DNA from: Candidatus Magasanikbacteria bacterium CG11_big_fil_rev_8_21_14_0_20_39_34
GTDB lineage: Bacteria > Patescibacteriota > Patescibacteriia > Magasanikbacterales > UBA922
NCBI GenBank assembly: GCA_002787355.1
Contig: PCWN01000008.1
Location: 69,873 to 133,872, forward strand
Length of the DNA stretch: 64,000 nucleotides
Direction of reading: 5' to 3'
Made by a program: the position numbers and the translations under genes. The notes beneath the pieces were generated by a model. The model was not told where the DNA came from and ran no database searches. It saw only the letters and a list, made by a program, of their open reading frames with translations. Shown in pieces: positions 8,871 through 18,821 of this stretch (positions within the stretch are counted from its first letter, which is position 1; each line of letters starts with the position of its first letter).

Positions 8871-9914
8871 TTAAAATTGTTCTAAAAATCTTAGATCACC
8901 GGACATGAAATGTCTAATATCCTCAATACTATAACGCATCATAGCAAGCCGTGTCAGTCCCATTCCAAAAGCCAAGCCACTCCACTCATTTGGATCATAT
9001 CCACCTTCCTTCAAAACATTGGGATGCATTAATCCACAACCAAGCATCTCCACCCACCCTATGTTTTTACATACACGACATCCTTTTCCCATACAAAATA
9101 GACACTTCATATCCATTTCAAATCCTGGTTCTACGAATGGGAAGTATCCTGGTCTCAAACGCACTTCTACATCTCTGTTGTATAGCCCCTTGAGCAGTTG
9201 CTTGATAACAGCAACAAGATTGCCAATATTGATGGTTTTATCAACAACGAAAGCCTCAAACTGATGAAACGTATGCTCATGAGTAGCATCGAGCGCTTCA
9301 TTTCTGTACACCTTTCCTGGATAGGCAGCGCGAACGGCTTTGGTACCACCTTCGTTATATTTACGCATCAAACGTACCTGCATGTTTGAAACATGTGCAC
9401 GCATGCACCAGTCTTCATTTTCTAAAACATAAAACGTATCCATACTCTCACGTGCAGGATGATCATCCGGAAAGTTCAGTGCCCCAAACACATAATAATC
9501 GCTCTCAAGCTCAGGACCATCTTCAATAATAAATCCCATATTTGCCGCAACATCTTCCATCTTCTCTTGAGCGAGCGTAATTGGGTGCAAATGTCCTCTT
9601 TCTTTTTTGGGCAAAAGTGGTTGTGTTACATCAATGGCTTCACGTTCAGTGAGATTCGCCATTTCTTTCGCCTGAATTTCTTCTCTTTTACTTTCAAACA
9701 AACCTTCCAAATCTTTTTTGACTTCATTGGCTTTTTGCCCCATTTCTTTCTTCACATCATCGGTAAGCTGCCGGAGTCCTTTCATGATATTGGTAAACTC
9801 ACCAGATTTTCTGCTAAAAAATTTTTGCTCCAAATCAGAGAGTCCTGCAAAATCAGCAACTTCTTTGAGTTGCTTTTTGAATTCTTCTTGAATTTTTTTC
9901 AATTCGTCTTTCAT
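8871..9914 (-). CDS. pheS: Phenylalanine--tRNA ligase alpha subunit
   Basis: HPAR..DTFY, YRNE..DATH..FHQ.E, YFPFVEP, GLAFGMG..RLAM. Confidence 0.98.
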   Translation of the reverse strand: MKDELKKIQEEFKKQLKEVADFAGLSDLEQKFFSRKSGEFTNIMKGLRQLTDDVKKEMGQKANEVKKDLEGLFESKREEIQAKEMANLTEREAIDVTQPLLPKKERGHLHPITLAQEKMEDVAANMGFIIEDGPELESDYYVFGALNFPDDHPARESMDTFYVLENEDWCMRAHVSNMQVRLMRKYNEGGTKAVRAAYPGKVYRNEALDATHEHTFHQFEAFVVDKTINIGNLVAVIKQLLKGLYNRDVEVRLRPGYFPFVEPGFEMDMKCLFCMGKGCRVCKNIGWVEMLGCGLMHPNVLKEGGYDPNEWSGLAFGMGLTRLAMMRYSIEDIRHFMSGDLRFLEQF

Positions 9915-9941
9915 TGTATGTACCAAATTAGTTCTTTTCTT

Positions 9942-11117
9942 TTAAAAAAGCCCTATGATATCTCTTGCAGATACAACCACAATGAGTATCATAAGAAGGA
10001 CAAACCCGATAGTATGAGCAAGCTGTTCATACTTCATAGGGACAGGACGGCCAGAAACCTTCTCTATAACCACAAATAGGGCTCTTCCTCCGTCTAATGC
10101 TGGTATGGGAAGAATGTTAATAACAGCCAAGGACAATGATATCATGGCTGTGATATTAAGCAAGTAATTTATCCCAAGCTTAGCGGATTCCCCTACCAAT
10201 ACAGCAATCCCAACTGGTCCTGAAACATCAAACAAAAGCCCCTGCCCCGTTATAATTCCCTTTAATAAGAAGAAAAATCCAATCAGGATATTGATAAACC
10301 CAAGAGCAGCCGCCCAAAAACCCTTGTAGACGCTTATATACCAAGGAAAACGTACCATAGCAGCATCCGCTAGGTATACTCCAAGATGTGGTTCCGTAGT
10401 CTCCCCTACTATCTGAGGCTTTACAGTAAGCTTCTTTACTTCCCCAGCTCGGTTATAAACCAAATCTATATCTTGTTCACCTTTGGTATTCACATATTCA
10501 ATAACATTTTTTATACTACTCGCTTCAGTTCCATCCATTGAGAGGATTTTATCACCCATCTTGAGCCCAGCGTGTTCTGCTGCAGAGTCTTTTTCTACCT
10601 GTTGGATAACAACATGTTGCTCTCCTACAAGCTCTGCTCCTTTAGGAATACCATCGGAGATATCCATTGGAAGCCCTATCATAAAACCAATCCCCAAAAC
10701 TACCGCTGCAAAAATAAAATTCATAGTCACACCAGCAACTAAAACCACCAACTTTTTCCAAGTCTTTTGGTATCCAAAACTATCCGGTTCACTCTCAAGC
10801 TCACCATTTTCTCCTTTGATTTTACAATATCCTCCCAGCGGAAGCAGGTTTAATGAGTAAAGCGTGGCAGGATATTCTTCTTCAAATGCTTCCCCACCCC
10901 CAACTTTTGCCAATTTATCTTTGGACTTACTTCCCCTTTTTACCCAAACAATTTTCCCAGATTTTGGATCTTTGTAAAATCCTATGAGCAGTGGTGGAAA
11001 ACCCAATGCAAATTCATAAACTTTCATCCCAGACTTTCGGGCAGCCAAAAAATGCCCAAATTCATGCACGAATACGAGAATTCCCAATACAATAATAAAA
11101 ACAACAAGTGTACCCAT
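9942..11117 (-). CDS. rseP: RIP metalloprotease RseP (M50) with PDZ domain
   Basis: HEFGH, LPLGGY, AGV..N, PDZ, SGPVGI, NILPIPALDGG. Confidence 0.93.
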   Translation of the reverse strand: MGTLVVFIIVLGILVFVHEFGHFLAARKSGMKVYEFALGFPPLLIGFYKDPKSGKIVWVKRGSKSKDKLAKVGGGEAFEEEYPATLYSLNLLPLGGYCKIKGENGELESEPDSFGYQKTWKKLVVLVAGVTMNFIFAAVVLGIGFMIGLPMDISDGIPKGAELVGEQHVVIQQVEKDSAAEHAGLKMGDKILSMDGTEASSIKNVIEYVNTKGEQDIDLVYNRAGEVKKLTVKPQIVGETTEPHLGVYLADAAMVRFPWYISVYKGFWAAALGFINILIGFFFLLKGIITGQGLLFDVSGPVGIAVLVGESAKLGINYLLNITAMISLSLAVINILPIPALDGGRALFVVIEKVSGRPVPMKYEQLAHTIGFVLLMILIVVVSARDIIGLF

Positions 11118-11265
11118 AATTTGACGACATACAAGTAAAATTGGTATTATTATGACACAAAGACACCTTGATTGCAAATGCTTGAAGGGGGTCCGTAGTT
11201 TATCTAATTTAGCTTATTTTTCAAAATTCTGTCACAGAAAAATAAGAAAATTTTAATATATTTTT

Positions 11266-11832
11266 ATGTCAACAGTTGGATATATTATTCTTGCCATAGT
11301 TGTAGTGCTCATTCTCTGGCTCATTGGTGCATTTAACAAATTTGTAAAAATGCGAAACCGTACGGACGAATCATGGAGTGATATTGACGTACAACTCAAA
11401 CGCCGACATGACCTTATCCCAAACCTGATCAATTCAGTAAAGGGATACATGAAACATGAACGCGAATTGTTGGAAAATATTACCAAGGCCCGTGCACAGG
11501 CAATGCAGGCACAAGAAGCTGGAGACACCAAAGCCATGGCGTCAGCAGAAGGAAGCCTTGGTGGAATGCTTGGAAAACTTCAAATTGCAGTAGAAGCATA
11601 CCCAGATCTCAAAGCAAACCAGAATGTTGCCCAACTTATGGATGAGCTTTCAGATACTGAAAACAAAATTCAAGCATCACGTCGCTTTTACAATGGTATG
11701 GTACGTGACTTCAATACAGGAATCCAACAGTTCCCAAGTAATCTCATTGCTGGAGTATTTGGATTCAAAAAGTATGATTTCTTTGAAATAGAAGATGAGC
11801 AAGAACGAAAGAACGTTGAAGTAAAACTTTAA
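11266..11832 (+). CDS. lemA: LemA family protein
   Basis: WSDIDVQLKRRHDLIPNL, EAYPDLKAN, ENKI..SRRFYN. Confidence 0.95.
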   Translation: MSTVGYIILAIVVVLILWLIGAFNKFVKMRNRTDESWSDIDVQLKRRHDLIPNLINSVKGYMKHERELLENITKARAQAMQAQEAGDTKAMASAEGSLGGMLGKLQIAVEAYPDLKANQNVAQLMDELSDTENKIQASRRFYNGMVRDFNTGIQQFPSNLIAGVFGFKKYDFFEIEDEQERKNVEVKL

Positions 11833-11911
11833 GTATCTCCCAAAAAAAAATAAAAATCTTTGCCTTTGAAATAGGAAAAGACTTTTTTTCCTGTCAGAAA
11901 TGTAAGAAAGT

Positions 11912-12790
11912 ATGTATAACCAAATAGATGCCAACAAACGAAAAACACGTCTCTTGATTGCTATTTTTTGTGCTTTTGTTATTGGAGTTGGATATCTTTT
12001 CAACTTCTACGGCGGAATGGGTACACAAGCAGTTGTTATTGCCATTCTCATTTCTTTTTTTATGAGTTGGTTTTCCTACTATCATTCCGATACAATCGCA
12101 CTTCGCACCAGTGGGGCACGAGAGATTACCAAAGAAGAAAATCCTTATGTCTATAGAATGGTTGAAAATCTTTGTATTACCGCCGGACTACCTATCCCAA
12201 AGGTACATATCATAGAATCAGATGCTCTCAATGCATTTGCAACAGGACGTGATCCGGAACACGCCTCTATTGCCATCACAACCGGTATTATTGCAGCACT
12301 TGAGAATGAAGAACTTGAGGGAGTTATTGCACATGAACTCTCCCATATTAAAAACTATGATATTCGTGTTATGACACTGGTGGTGGTCCTCGTTGGAGCG
12401 GTAGCACTCCTTGGAGATCTTGCATGGAGAGGGGGCCTTCTTGGTGGAAGACGCAGTGATAATAACCGATCCAACAACAATATTCTTGCCATTGTAGGAC
12501 TTGTCCTCATTATCCTCTCCCCCGTTATTGCAGAACTCATAAAATTTGCCGTATCAAGAAAACGAGAATATCTTGCCGATGCATCCGGTTCACTCCTTAC
12601 CCGATATCCTGAAGGACTTGCACGCGCACTCGAAAAAATTTCTCAATCAGATATTCCTTTTACGCGAGCAAATAAAGCAACAGCGCATCTCTTTATATCC
12701 AATCCATTCAAAGGAAAAAGTTTTCAAAAGCTTTTTTCTACACACCCTCCCATCGAAGATCGAGTCCAAAAACTTCGTTCAATGACATAG
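11912..12790 (+). CDS. htpX: Zinc metalloprotease HtpX (M48)
   Basis: NAFATG, ELEGVIAHELSH, SR.REYLADA, FSTHPP; lemA-htpX pairing. Confidence 0.95.
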   Translation: MYNQIDANKRKTRLLIAIFCAFVIGVGYLFNFYGGMGTQAVVIAILISFFMSWFSYYHSDTIALRTSGAREITKEENPYVYRMVENLCITAGLPIPKVHIIESDALNAFATGRDPEHASIAITTGIIAALENEELEGVIAHELSHIKNYDIRVMTLVVVLVGAVALLGDLAWRGGLLGGRRSDNNRSNNNILAIVGLVLIILSPVIAELIKFAVSRKREYLADASGSLLTRYPEGLARALEKISQSDIPFTRANKATAHLFISNPFKGKSFQKLFSTHPPIEDRVQKLRSMT

Positions 12791-12873
12791 TGTCTTTGAT
12801 ATTCTTAAAATTCTTTTGCTGATTCTTCAGACGATGAAGTATACTTTATTATTGTTTAGCACAATATATTTAT

Positions 12874-13344
12874 ATGGGACACATACATGAAAAAGTAGAC
12901 TTTACCTCCGAAGTGTTTGTATTCTTTGAAGATAAAGTTCTCTTGCGAAAACACGATAAGTATCATCTTTGGCTTGGAGCGGGTGGCCACATAGAACTCC
13001 ACGAAGATCCCAATCAAGCAGCCATTCGTGAAGTAAAGGAAGAAGTTGGATTAGATATCATACTGGTCAATCCAACACACACACCACTACTCTCTTTAGA
13101 GTATTCACAGGATCTTGTTCCTCCTTTTTTTATGAACCGACACAAGATTAACGATACGCACGAGCATGTTTGTCTTATATATGCAGGTATTACACATGAT
13201 GATACACTTACACTTTCTGAAACGGAAAAAAGTGAATCCTGTCAGTGGCTTACACGACAAGACGTTATAGAAAATACTGAAATTCAACCTCATATAAAAA
13301 AATATGTCCTCTACATGTTTGAGAAGCTATCACAGGCTCATTAG
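12874..13344 (+). CDS. NUDIX hydrolase
   Basis: Nudix box GGHIELHEDPNQAAIREVKEEVG. Confidence 0.92.
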   Translation: MGHIHEKVDFTSEVFVFFEDKVLLRKHDKYHLWLGAGGHIELHEDPNQAAIREVKEEVGLDIILVNPTHTPLLSLEYSQDLVPPFFMNRHKINDTHEHVCLIYAGITHDDTLTLSETEKSESCQWLTRQDVIENTEIQPHIKKYVLYMFEKLSQAH

Positions 13345-13431
13345 GACATCTTTTCATCCTGGTTTCCACATACAAAAACCGGTTTGAAACAAAAAAGGAT
13401 TCCTGTTACTATACTGATACTTCTCAAAACT

Positions 13432-16389
13432 ATGGTGGACGAATACGCACAAAATCTTCTTCTGGATACCGATAGATCTCTCATTGAGATCTATATGGAT
13501 CTCCAAACCCATTTTGAAAAAAAATATGGGGAGAATACGGTCGTTCTTATTGAAATTGGCTCTTTTTTTGAGGTGTATGGAGTAGACAATGATACTGAAA
13601 AACTTGGAAAACCCAAAGAAATAGCAGAAATTTTAAACTTACAGCTCACCAGAAAAAACAAATCCATTGCACAAAACGATACCAAAAATCCTCTTCTGGC
13701 CGGATTTCCTGTTGCTACATTTGAGAGGTATATAAGCCGCCTCACACAAGAGAACAAATATACTATTGTTATCGTAAGACAGAAAGGAACTCCCCCACAT
13801 GTCTCACGATACATTGATAGAATCCTTTCACCAGGAATCAACTTCGATTATAATTTTGATCATAAGGATAATTTTTTAGTTTCCCTTTTAATTGAAAAAA
13901 GCAGCGATGTCTACTCCATTGGATATGCCGCCATTGATGTCACCACGGGAAAAACCTATCTTCAAGAACTTTACGGAAATAGAGAAGACAAAACCCTTGC
14001 ACTTGATGGAGTATTCCGTCTTCTCCAAGCAAATAGAACTTCAGAAATTCTCCTCACGAGGGCATCCGAAAATATAGATCTTCAAGCTGTTATTGAATAT
14101 TTAGAAATTTCTGAAAATAATATCAAGACTCCACAAAGAAGACTGGATAACGCATACCAAAATGAACTCTTCAAGAAAACATATATTATCAATACATTCC
14201 TTTCACCAGTAGAATTTTTAGATCTTGAAAAAAGCCCTCTAACCAGCGAAGCACTTGCCATTCTTCTTGAATTTATCATTGAACATGACTTTTCCATCAT
14301 TGAAAAATTGAAAAAACCTACACATCTCTCCAACAGTAACTATCTTTTTTTAGGAAACAACCCTTTGGAACAGCTCAATGTGATTAGTCGTGATGCCCAT
14401 GAGATGACACTCCTGAAACTTTTAGATCATACCACGACCAGTATTGGAAAACGCATGTTCCGCGAAAGACTTCTCAATCCTATTCTCCAAAAGGATGAGT
14501 TGGAACAAAGGTATGAACTCAGTGAGAGCTTCCGTGATATATATCCAAAAATTGAAAAAGAACTCCAGAGTGTTTATGATCTTGAACGTATTCTCCGAAG
14601 AATACATCTCAAAAGACTTCATCCTTTTGAAATCAACTTTTTGTATGATTCCCTTCTTGCAACTCATACTATTTATAACCATATAGAAAACACAAAAATT
14701 TCTGATTTATTGAGTTGTTCAACAAATGAAAAAAATAATCTACAAAATTTCATCCATATCCTGGAAAAGAATTTTGTATTTGAAAATTGTTCAAAAGTAA
14801 ATTTTCATCAAATTGAAGGATCACTTTTTCACGAAGGATATGATAAAGAATTAGATTTTCTCAACGAAGAAAAAAGAAAACGAGAAGAAAAAATGGAAGC
14901 CATTCGGGAAAAAATTCTTGAGGTTTTAGAAAAACAAACAGGTAAATATGAAGGCGACTTTGTAAGCATAAAACAGCTGGATAAAGAAGGTCACCATATT
15001 ACTCTTACCAAAAGTCGCTACGCCCTCATAGAAGAACCTCTCAAAGAAACATACCTTTCTTTGAATGGGAAAGTCTATGCTTTTTCTGATTTCAACCTAA
15101 AAATTCAAACCACAAATGTAAAAATGACCGCCCCAATTATTGATGAAATTTCTGAAGGTATTGTACTGCTCCAGACAAAGATAAATGCTCTCACGAAAGA
15201 ACTTTTTTTGAAAGAATTGGAAAAAATTTCTGAAACACACACAGAACTTTTAGAAAATATTATTGAGTTTCTGTCAAAAATTGATGTCGCCGTGAGTAAT
15301 ATTCGGGCTTCTATCAAGTTTCGTCTTACTCGACCGGAGATTTTAGACATAGAAGAAGATGAAACATTTTTAGAGATACAGGCACTTCGACATCCTCTTG
15401 TCCAAGAAAGAGAGGAAAACGGCATCTATGTACCCAATGATATTATCCTTGGAGAAAAGAAATATCAAAAACACCAATCTCTTTTGAGTGAGATATCTGA
15501 TTCAAATGTTTTTGGCGTTCTTCTTTATGGAATCAACTCAAGTGGGAAGTCATCCCTTATGAAAAGTATTGGAATTGCCATTTTACTTGCACAATCCGGT
15601 ATGTTTGTTCCAGCAGAATCCATGCGTTTTGGAATTTTTAGAGAAATTTTTACTCGAATTGTCTCTCGTGATAATTTTGAAAAAGGTCTTTCTTCGTTTG
15701 CTGTCGAAATCATGGAACTCAAAAACATATTTAATAGATGCACTCCCAAAAGCCTTATTTTAGGAGATGAAATTAGTCATGGAACGGAGACCCTTTCTGC
15801 AATATCTATTATATGTGCTACCATTTTAAAGCTCCTAGAAAAAAAATCTCTTTTCATTTTCACTACCCATTTGCACCAATTAGGCAATATTCAACACATA
15901 CAGAAACTTAATTCCGTTGTTTCTGTGCATCTTTCCGTAAATTACGACGAGAAAGAAGACAAACTTATATTTGATAGAACACTTCAAGCTGGAAGTGGAA
16001 GCAGCATATACGGGTTGGAATTTGCACAATCACTTCATATAGATCCCCTCTTTTTGCAAAAAGCCCTCCAACTCAGGAAAGAACTTGCCGGACAAGCCGA
16101 TGAGCTTCAACTTTTGACCCAACAAAAAACCAGTAAATACCATAAAAATCTTTTTATCACCTCCTGTGCCGTCTGCCAAAATCCCGTTGACGAGACCCAT
16201 CACATAAAACCACAAAAACTTTCTGATAAAGACGGAAATATAGAACATTTTCATAAAGATCATAAATATAATCTCCTCCCATTATGTGAAGGTTGCCATA
16301 ATAGAGCTCATAATGGTAGACTTATTATTAAAGGATTTATCATGACAAGCAATGGACTTGAGCTACAGTTTGAGGAAGTAAAATCCTGA
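13432..16389 (+). CDS. MutS family ATPase with C-terminal HNH endonuclease (MutS7-type)
   Basis: Domain I GSFFEVY (Phe-X-Glu), Walker A GINSSGKS, SSFAVE, LGDE, FTTH; tail CAVC...ETHHI...NLLPLCEGCH..AH. Confidence 0.9.
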   Translation: MVDEYAQNLLLDTDRSLIEIYMDLQTHFEKKYGENTVVLIEIGSFFEVYGVDNDTEKLGKPKEIAEILNLQLTRKNKSIAQNDTKNPLLAGFPVATFERYISRLTQENKYTIVIVRQKGTPPHVSRYIDRILSPGINFDYNFDHKDNFLVSLLIEKSSDVYSIGYAAIDVTTGKTYLQELYGNREDKTLALDGVFRLLQANRTSEILLTRASENIDLQAVIEYLEISENNIKTPQRRLDNAYQNELFKKTYIINTFLSPVEFLDLEKSPLTSEALAILLEFIIEHDFSIIEKLKKPTHLSNSNYLFLGNNPLEQLNVISRDAHEMTLLKLLDHTTTSIGKRMFRERLLNPILQKDELEQRYELSESFRDIYPKIEKELQSVYDLERILRRIHLKRLHPFEINFLYDSLLATHTIYNHIENTKISDLLSCSTNEKNNLQNFIHILEKNFVFENCSKVNFHQIEGSLFHEGYDKELDFLNEEKRKREEKMEAIREKILEVLEKQTGKYEGDFVSIKQLDKEGHHITLTKSRYALIEEPLKETYLSLNGKVYAFSDFNLKIQTTNVKMTAPIIDEISEGIVLLQTKINALTKELFLKELEKISETHTELLENIIEFLSKIDVAVSNIRASIKFRLTRPEILDIEEDETFLEIQALRHPLVQEREENGIYVPNDIILGEKKYQKHQSLLSEISDSNVFGVLLYGINSSGKSSLMKSIGIAILLAQSGMFVPAESMRFGIFREIFTRIVSRDNFEKGLSSFAVEIMELKNIFNRCTPKSLILGDEISHGTETLSAISIICATILKLLEKKSLFIFTTHLHQLGNIQHIQKLNSVVSVHLSVNYDEKEDKLIFDRTLQAGSGSSIYGLEFAQSLHIDPLFLQKALQLRKELAGQADELQLLTQQKTSKYHKNLFITSCAVCQNPVDETHHIKPQKLSDKDGNIEHFHKDHKYNLLPLCEGCHNRAHNGRLIIKGFIMTSNGLELQFEEVKS

Positions 16390-16443
16390 CATCAAACCTC
16401 CTTATTGGTATACCAAAAAAGGCACTCTCCCAATGTAAAGTCT

Positions 16444-16734
16444 ATGAAAAAAAGTTCTCTTCAAAAATACTGGAAAATATTTATCCATACTTATGTATTT
16501 TTTTTAGTACTCTTCTTTTTCTATAACTTAGTTACAGACTCCGGAGCGATACATTGGATTTATGCATTTCAACAAAAACATTTTCATGTAATTTCTATCA
16601 AAATAACCATTACCTTTGCACTTTTCAGTTATATACTCATACCGATCCTTCCATTTATACTCATTAGATTTTTTTTAGAAAAAAAATTTGATGTCTATCT
16701 TGGTCCTAAAAAGAAAGTATATGCAACCAAATAA
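16444..16734 (+). CDS. Small two-TM membrane protein
   Basis: Two hydrophobic segments; overlaps the cfa start. Confidence 0.55.
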   Translation: MKKSSLQKYWKIFIHTYVFFLVLFFFYNLVTDSGAIHWIYAFQQKHFHVISIKITITFALFSYILIPILPFILIRFFLEKKFDVYLGPKKKVYATK

Positions 16735-17845
16735 ACAAAAAAAAGTTATTGAAGAACTTCTTCACCATGCAGACATAAAAATCAATGGTGACAGACCATT
16801 TGATATCCAAGTACACAATGACGCACTTTATGGCCGTGTCCTTTCACAAGGATCCCTTGGCTTTGGAGAAGCCTATATGGACGGATGGTGGGATTGTGAA
16901 TCCATTGATGAAATGATTGCACATATTTTACGAGCAGAAATACAAAAAAAAGTTGGGAAGGGAAAACTCGCCCTTCATATACTCAAAGCAATGTTTTTTA
17001 ATGCCCAAAATTTTACAAAAGCATGGAAAGTTGGTCAAGTACACTATGATGTGGGAAACGATCTATACAAAAAGATGCTTGATGATAGGATGGTTTATAC
17101 CTGTGGATATTGGGATAAAACACAAAACTTAAATGAAGCGCAAGAAGCAAAACTTGATTTAGTATGTAAAAAAATTGGGCTTAAAAAAGATGATACGATT
17201 CTTGATATTGGGTGTGGCTGGGGAAGTTTTGTAAAATTTGCAGCTGAACGTTACGGTGCAAAAGCCGTTGGAGTGAATAATTCTAAAGAACAATGTAAAT
17301 TGGGAAAAGAAAAATGTGCCGGACTTTCTGTAGAAATTCGACTACAAGATTACCGAAAAATCCCTGAAAGCGAAAAATTTGATCATATAGTGTCGCTCGG
17401 AATGTTTGAACATGTAGGCTATAAAAATTACCGACAATATATGGAGATAGCAGAAAGACATCTCAAAGATGATGGACTCTTTCTCCTTCATACCATAGGT
17501 GGAAATACCTCAGTAAAAGCAACCGATCCCTGGATAGACAAATACATTTTCCCCAATTCTATGCTCCCCTCTCCAAAACAAGTCACAACGGCAATAGAAG
17601 GTTTGTTTGTCATGGAAGATTGGCATAACTTTGGTGCAGACTATGATAAAACGCTTATGGCATGGTATGACAATTTTTTGCACTCTTGGGATTCTCTTAA
17701 AAGTCAATATGATGAGCGATTTTTTAGAATGTGGAAATTTTATCTTCTCTCCTGTGCTGGAAGTTTTCGTTCAAGGCAAAATCAACTTTGGCAAATTGTC
17801 CTTTCAAAAAAAGGAGTAAAGAATGGATACAAACGGCTTAGCTAA
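16721..17845 (+). CDS. cfa: Cyclopropane-fatty-acyl-phospholipid synthase
   Basis: GSLG.GEAYMDGWW, HYD.GNDLY..MLD..M.YTCGYW, LDIGCGWG, GMFEHVG, WIDKYIFP, RMW.FYL.SCAG.F. Confidence 0.95.
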   Translation: MQPNKQKKVIEELLHHADIKINGDRPFDIQVHNDALYGRVLSQGSLGFGEAYMDGWWDCESIDEMIAHILRAEIQKKVGKGKLALHILKAMFFNAQNFTKAWKVGQVHYDVGNDLYKKMLDDRMVYTCGYWDKTQNLNEAQEAKLDLVCKKIGLKKDDTILDIGCGWGSFVKFAAERYGAKAVGVNNSKEQCKLGKEKCAGLSVEIRLQDYRKIPESEKFDHIVSLGMFEHVGYKNYRQYMEIAERHLKDDGLFLLHTIGGNTSVKATDPWIDKYIFPNSMLPSPKQVTTAIEGLFVMEDWHNFGADYDKTLMAWYDNFLHSWDSLKSQYDERFFRMWKFYLLSCAGSFRSRQNQLWQIVLSKKGVKNGYKRLS

Positions 17846-17914
17846 CCTACAACTTTAGATCTTTTCAAAACCCCCTCTGGCGGGTTTTTATTTTTTTCTC
17901 TATACTATCCCCAT

Positions 17915-18748
17915 ATGAATTATGAACTTCAACTTACCCTTGCATTGGGTGCAGGAATGTTGCTTGAATCAAAAATTCTCCTGCAAGAGAGAGAAAATAT
18001 GTGGAAACCATACCTTGGTGTTCTTTGTTTAACTATCCTTATGGGAGGATTTATGTCCATTGGAAATGGCCCCTTCAGTCCTATAAAATACTTGTTTTCT
18101 TGTTACTTTGCATTTATAATTGTCTATTCAATGTCTTTTCGAAAACAACTTCTCTCGCGTATATCACGTTATACTATTCTTTCCTACACAACCCTTTTCT
18201 GGATTGGCTTTTATATCTTTATTGGAAATATTTATAACCGAACCTTTTTTTCCCTTGCTATTCTTTTCTCTGTTCTTGCAGCATATACAATACTCAAAAA
18301 AACATACCTTTCTGTTTTTTCACAAGCCCTTCTTTACTGTTGGTTTCTTATCACAAATATTGGTCTTATTTTCTTCCAACTCTATTCTCGTGGAGTCTTT
18401 ACCAATCTATCCTTAAAATTACACAATTTAGAATTTGGTCTTTTTGAGACATTTCTTTTGGGGATGCTTTTGATGTATGTATCCATGCTCATAACGTATC
18501 TTATTTTTTCTATTCCTAATGCACGAGACACAGGACTTATCGAGTGGAAACACCATATAAAAATACTTGCAGGAAAATTTGATAACCAAAAAATGAATGT
18601 TTTTTATTGTCTAATCCTCATTTTTTTTCTTCTTGGACTTTTTTATATTCAACAAAAAAGTGAACTCATTTCACCAACTCTACTTATGTACGTACTCATG
18701 CTTACTATAGGCCCACTTCTTCATATATTATCCCGAACTCGTGAATAA
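17915..18748 (+). CDS. Multi-pass membrane protein of unknown function
   Basis: 277 aa with about 8 hydrophobic segments, very AT-rich. Confidence 0.7.
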   Translation: MNYELQLTLALGAGMLLESKILLQERENMWKPYLGVLCLTILMGGFMSIGNGPFSPIKYLFSCYFAFIIVYSMSFRKQLLSRISRYTILSYTTLFWIGFYIFIGNIYNRTFFSLAILFSVLAAYTILKKTYLSVFSQALLYCWFLITNIGLIFFQLYSRGVFTNLSLKLHNLEFGLFETFLLGMLLMYVSMLITYLIFSIPNARDTGLIEWKHHIKILAGKFDNQKMNVFYCLILIFFLLGLFYIQQKSELISPTLLMYVLMLTIGPLLHILSRTRE

Positions 18749-18821
18749 AATGCAATAAATATTTTTATTTACTTCATTATTTATCTTTATTTTCTTATCT
18801 ATCAGATTTCTTACACACGAT

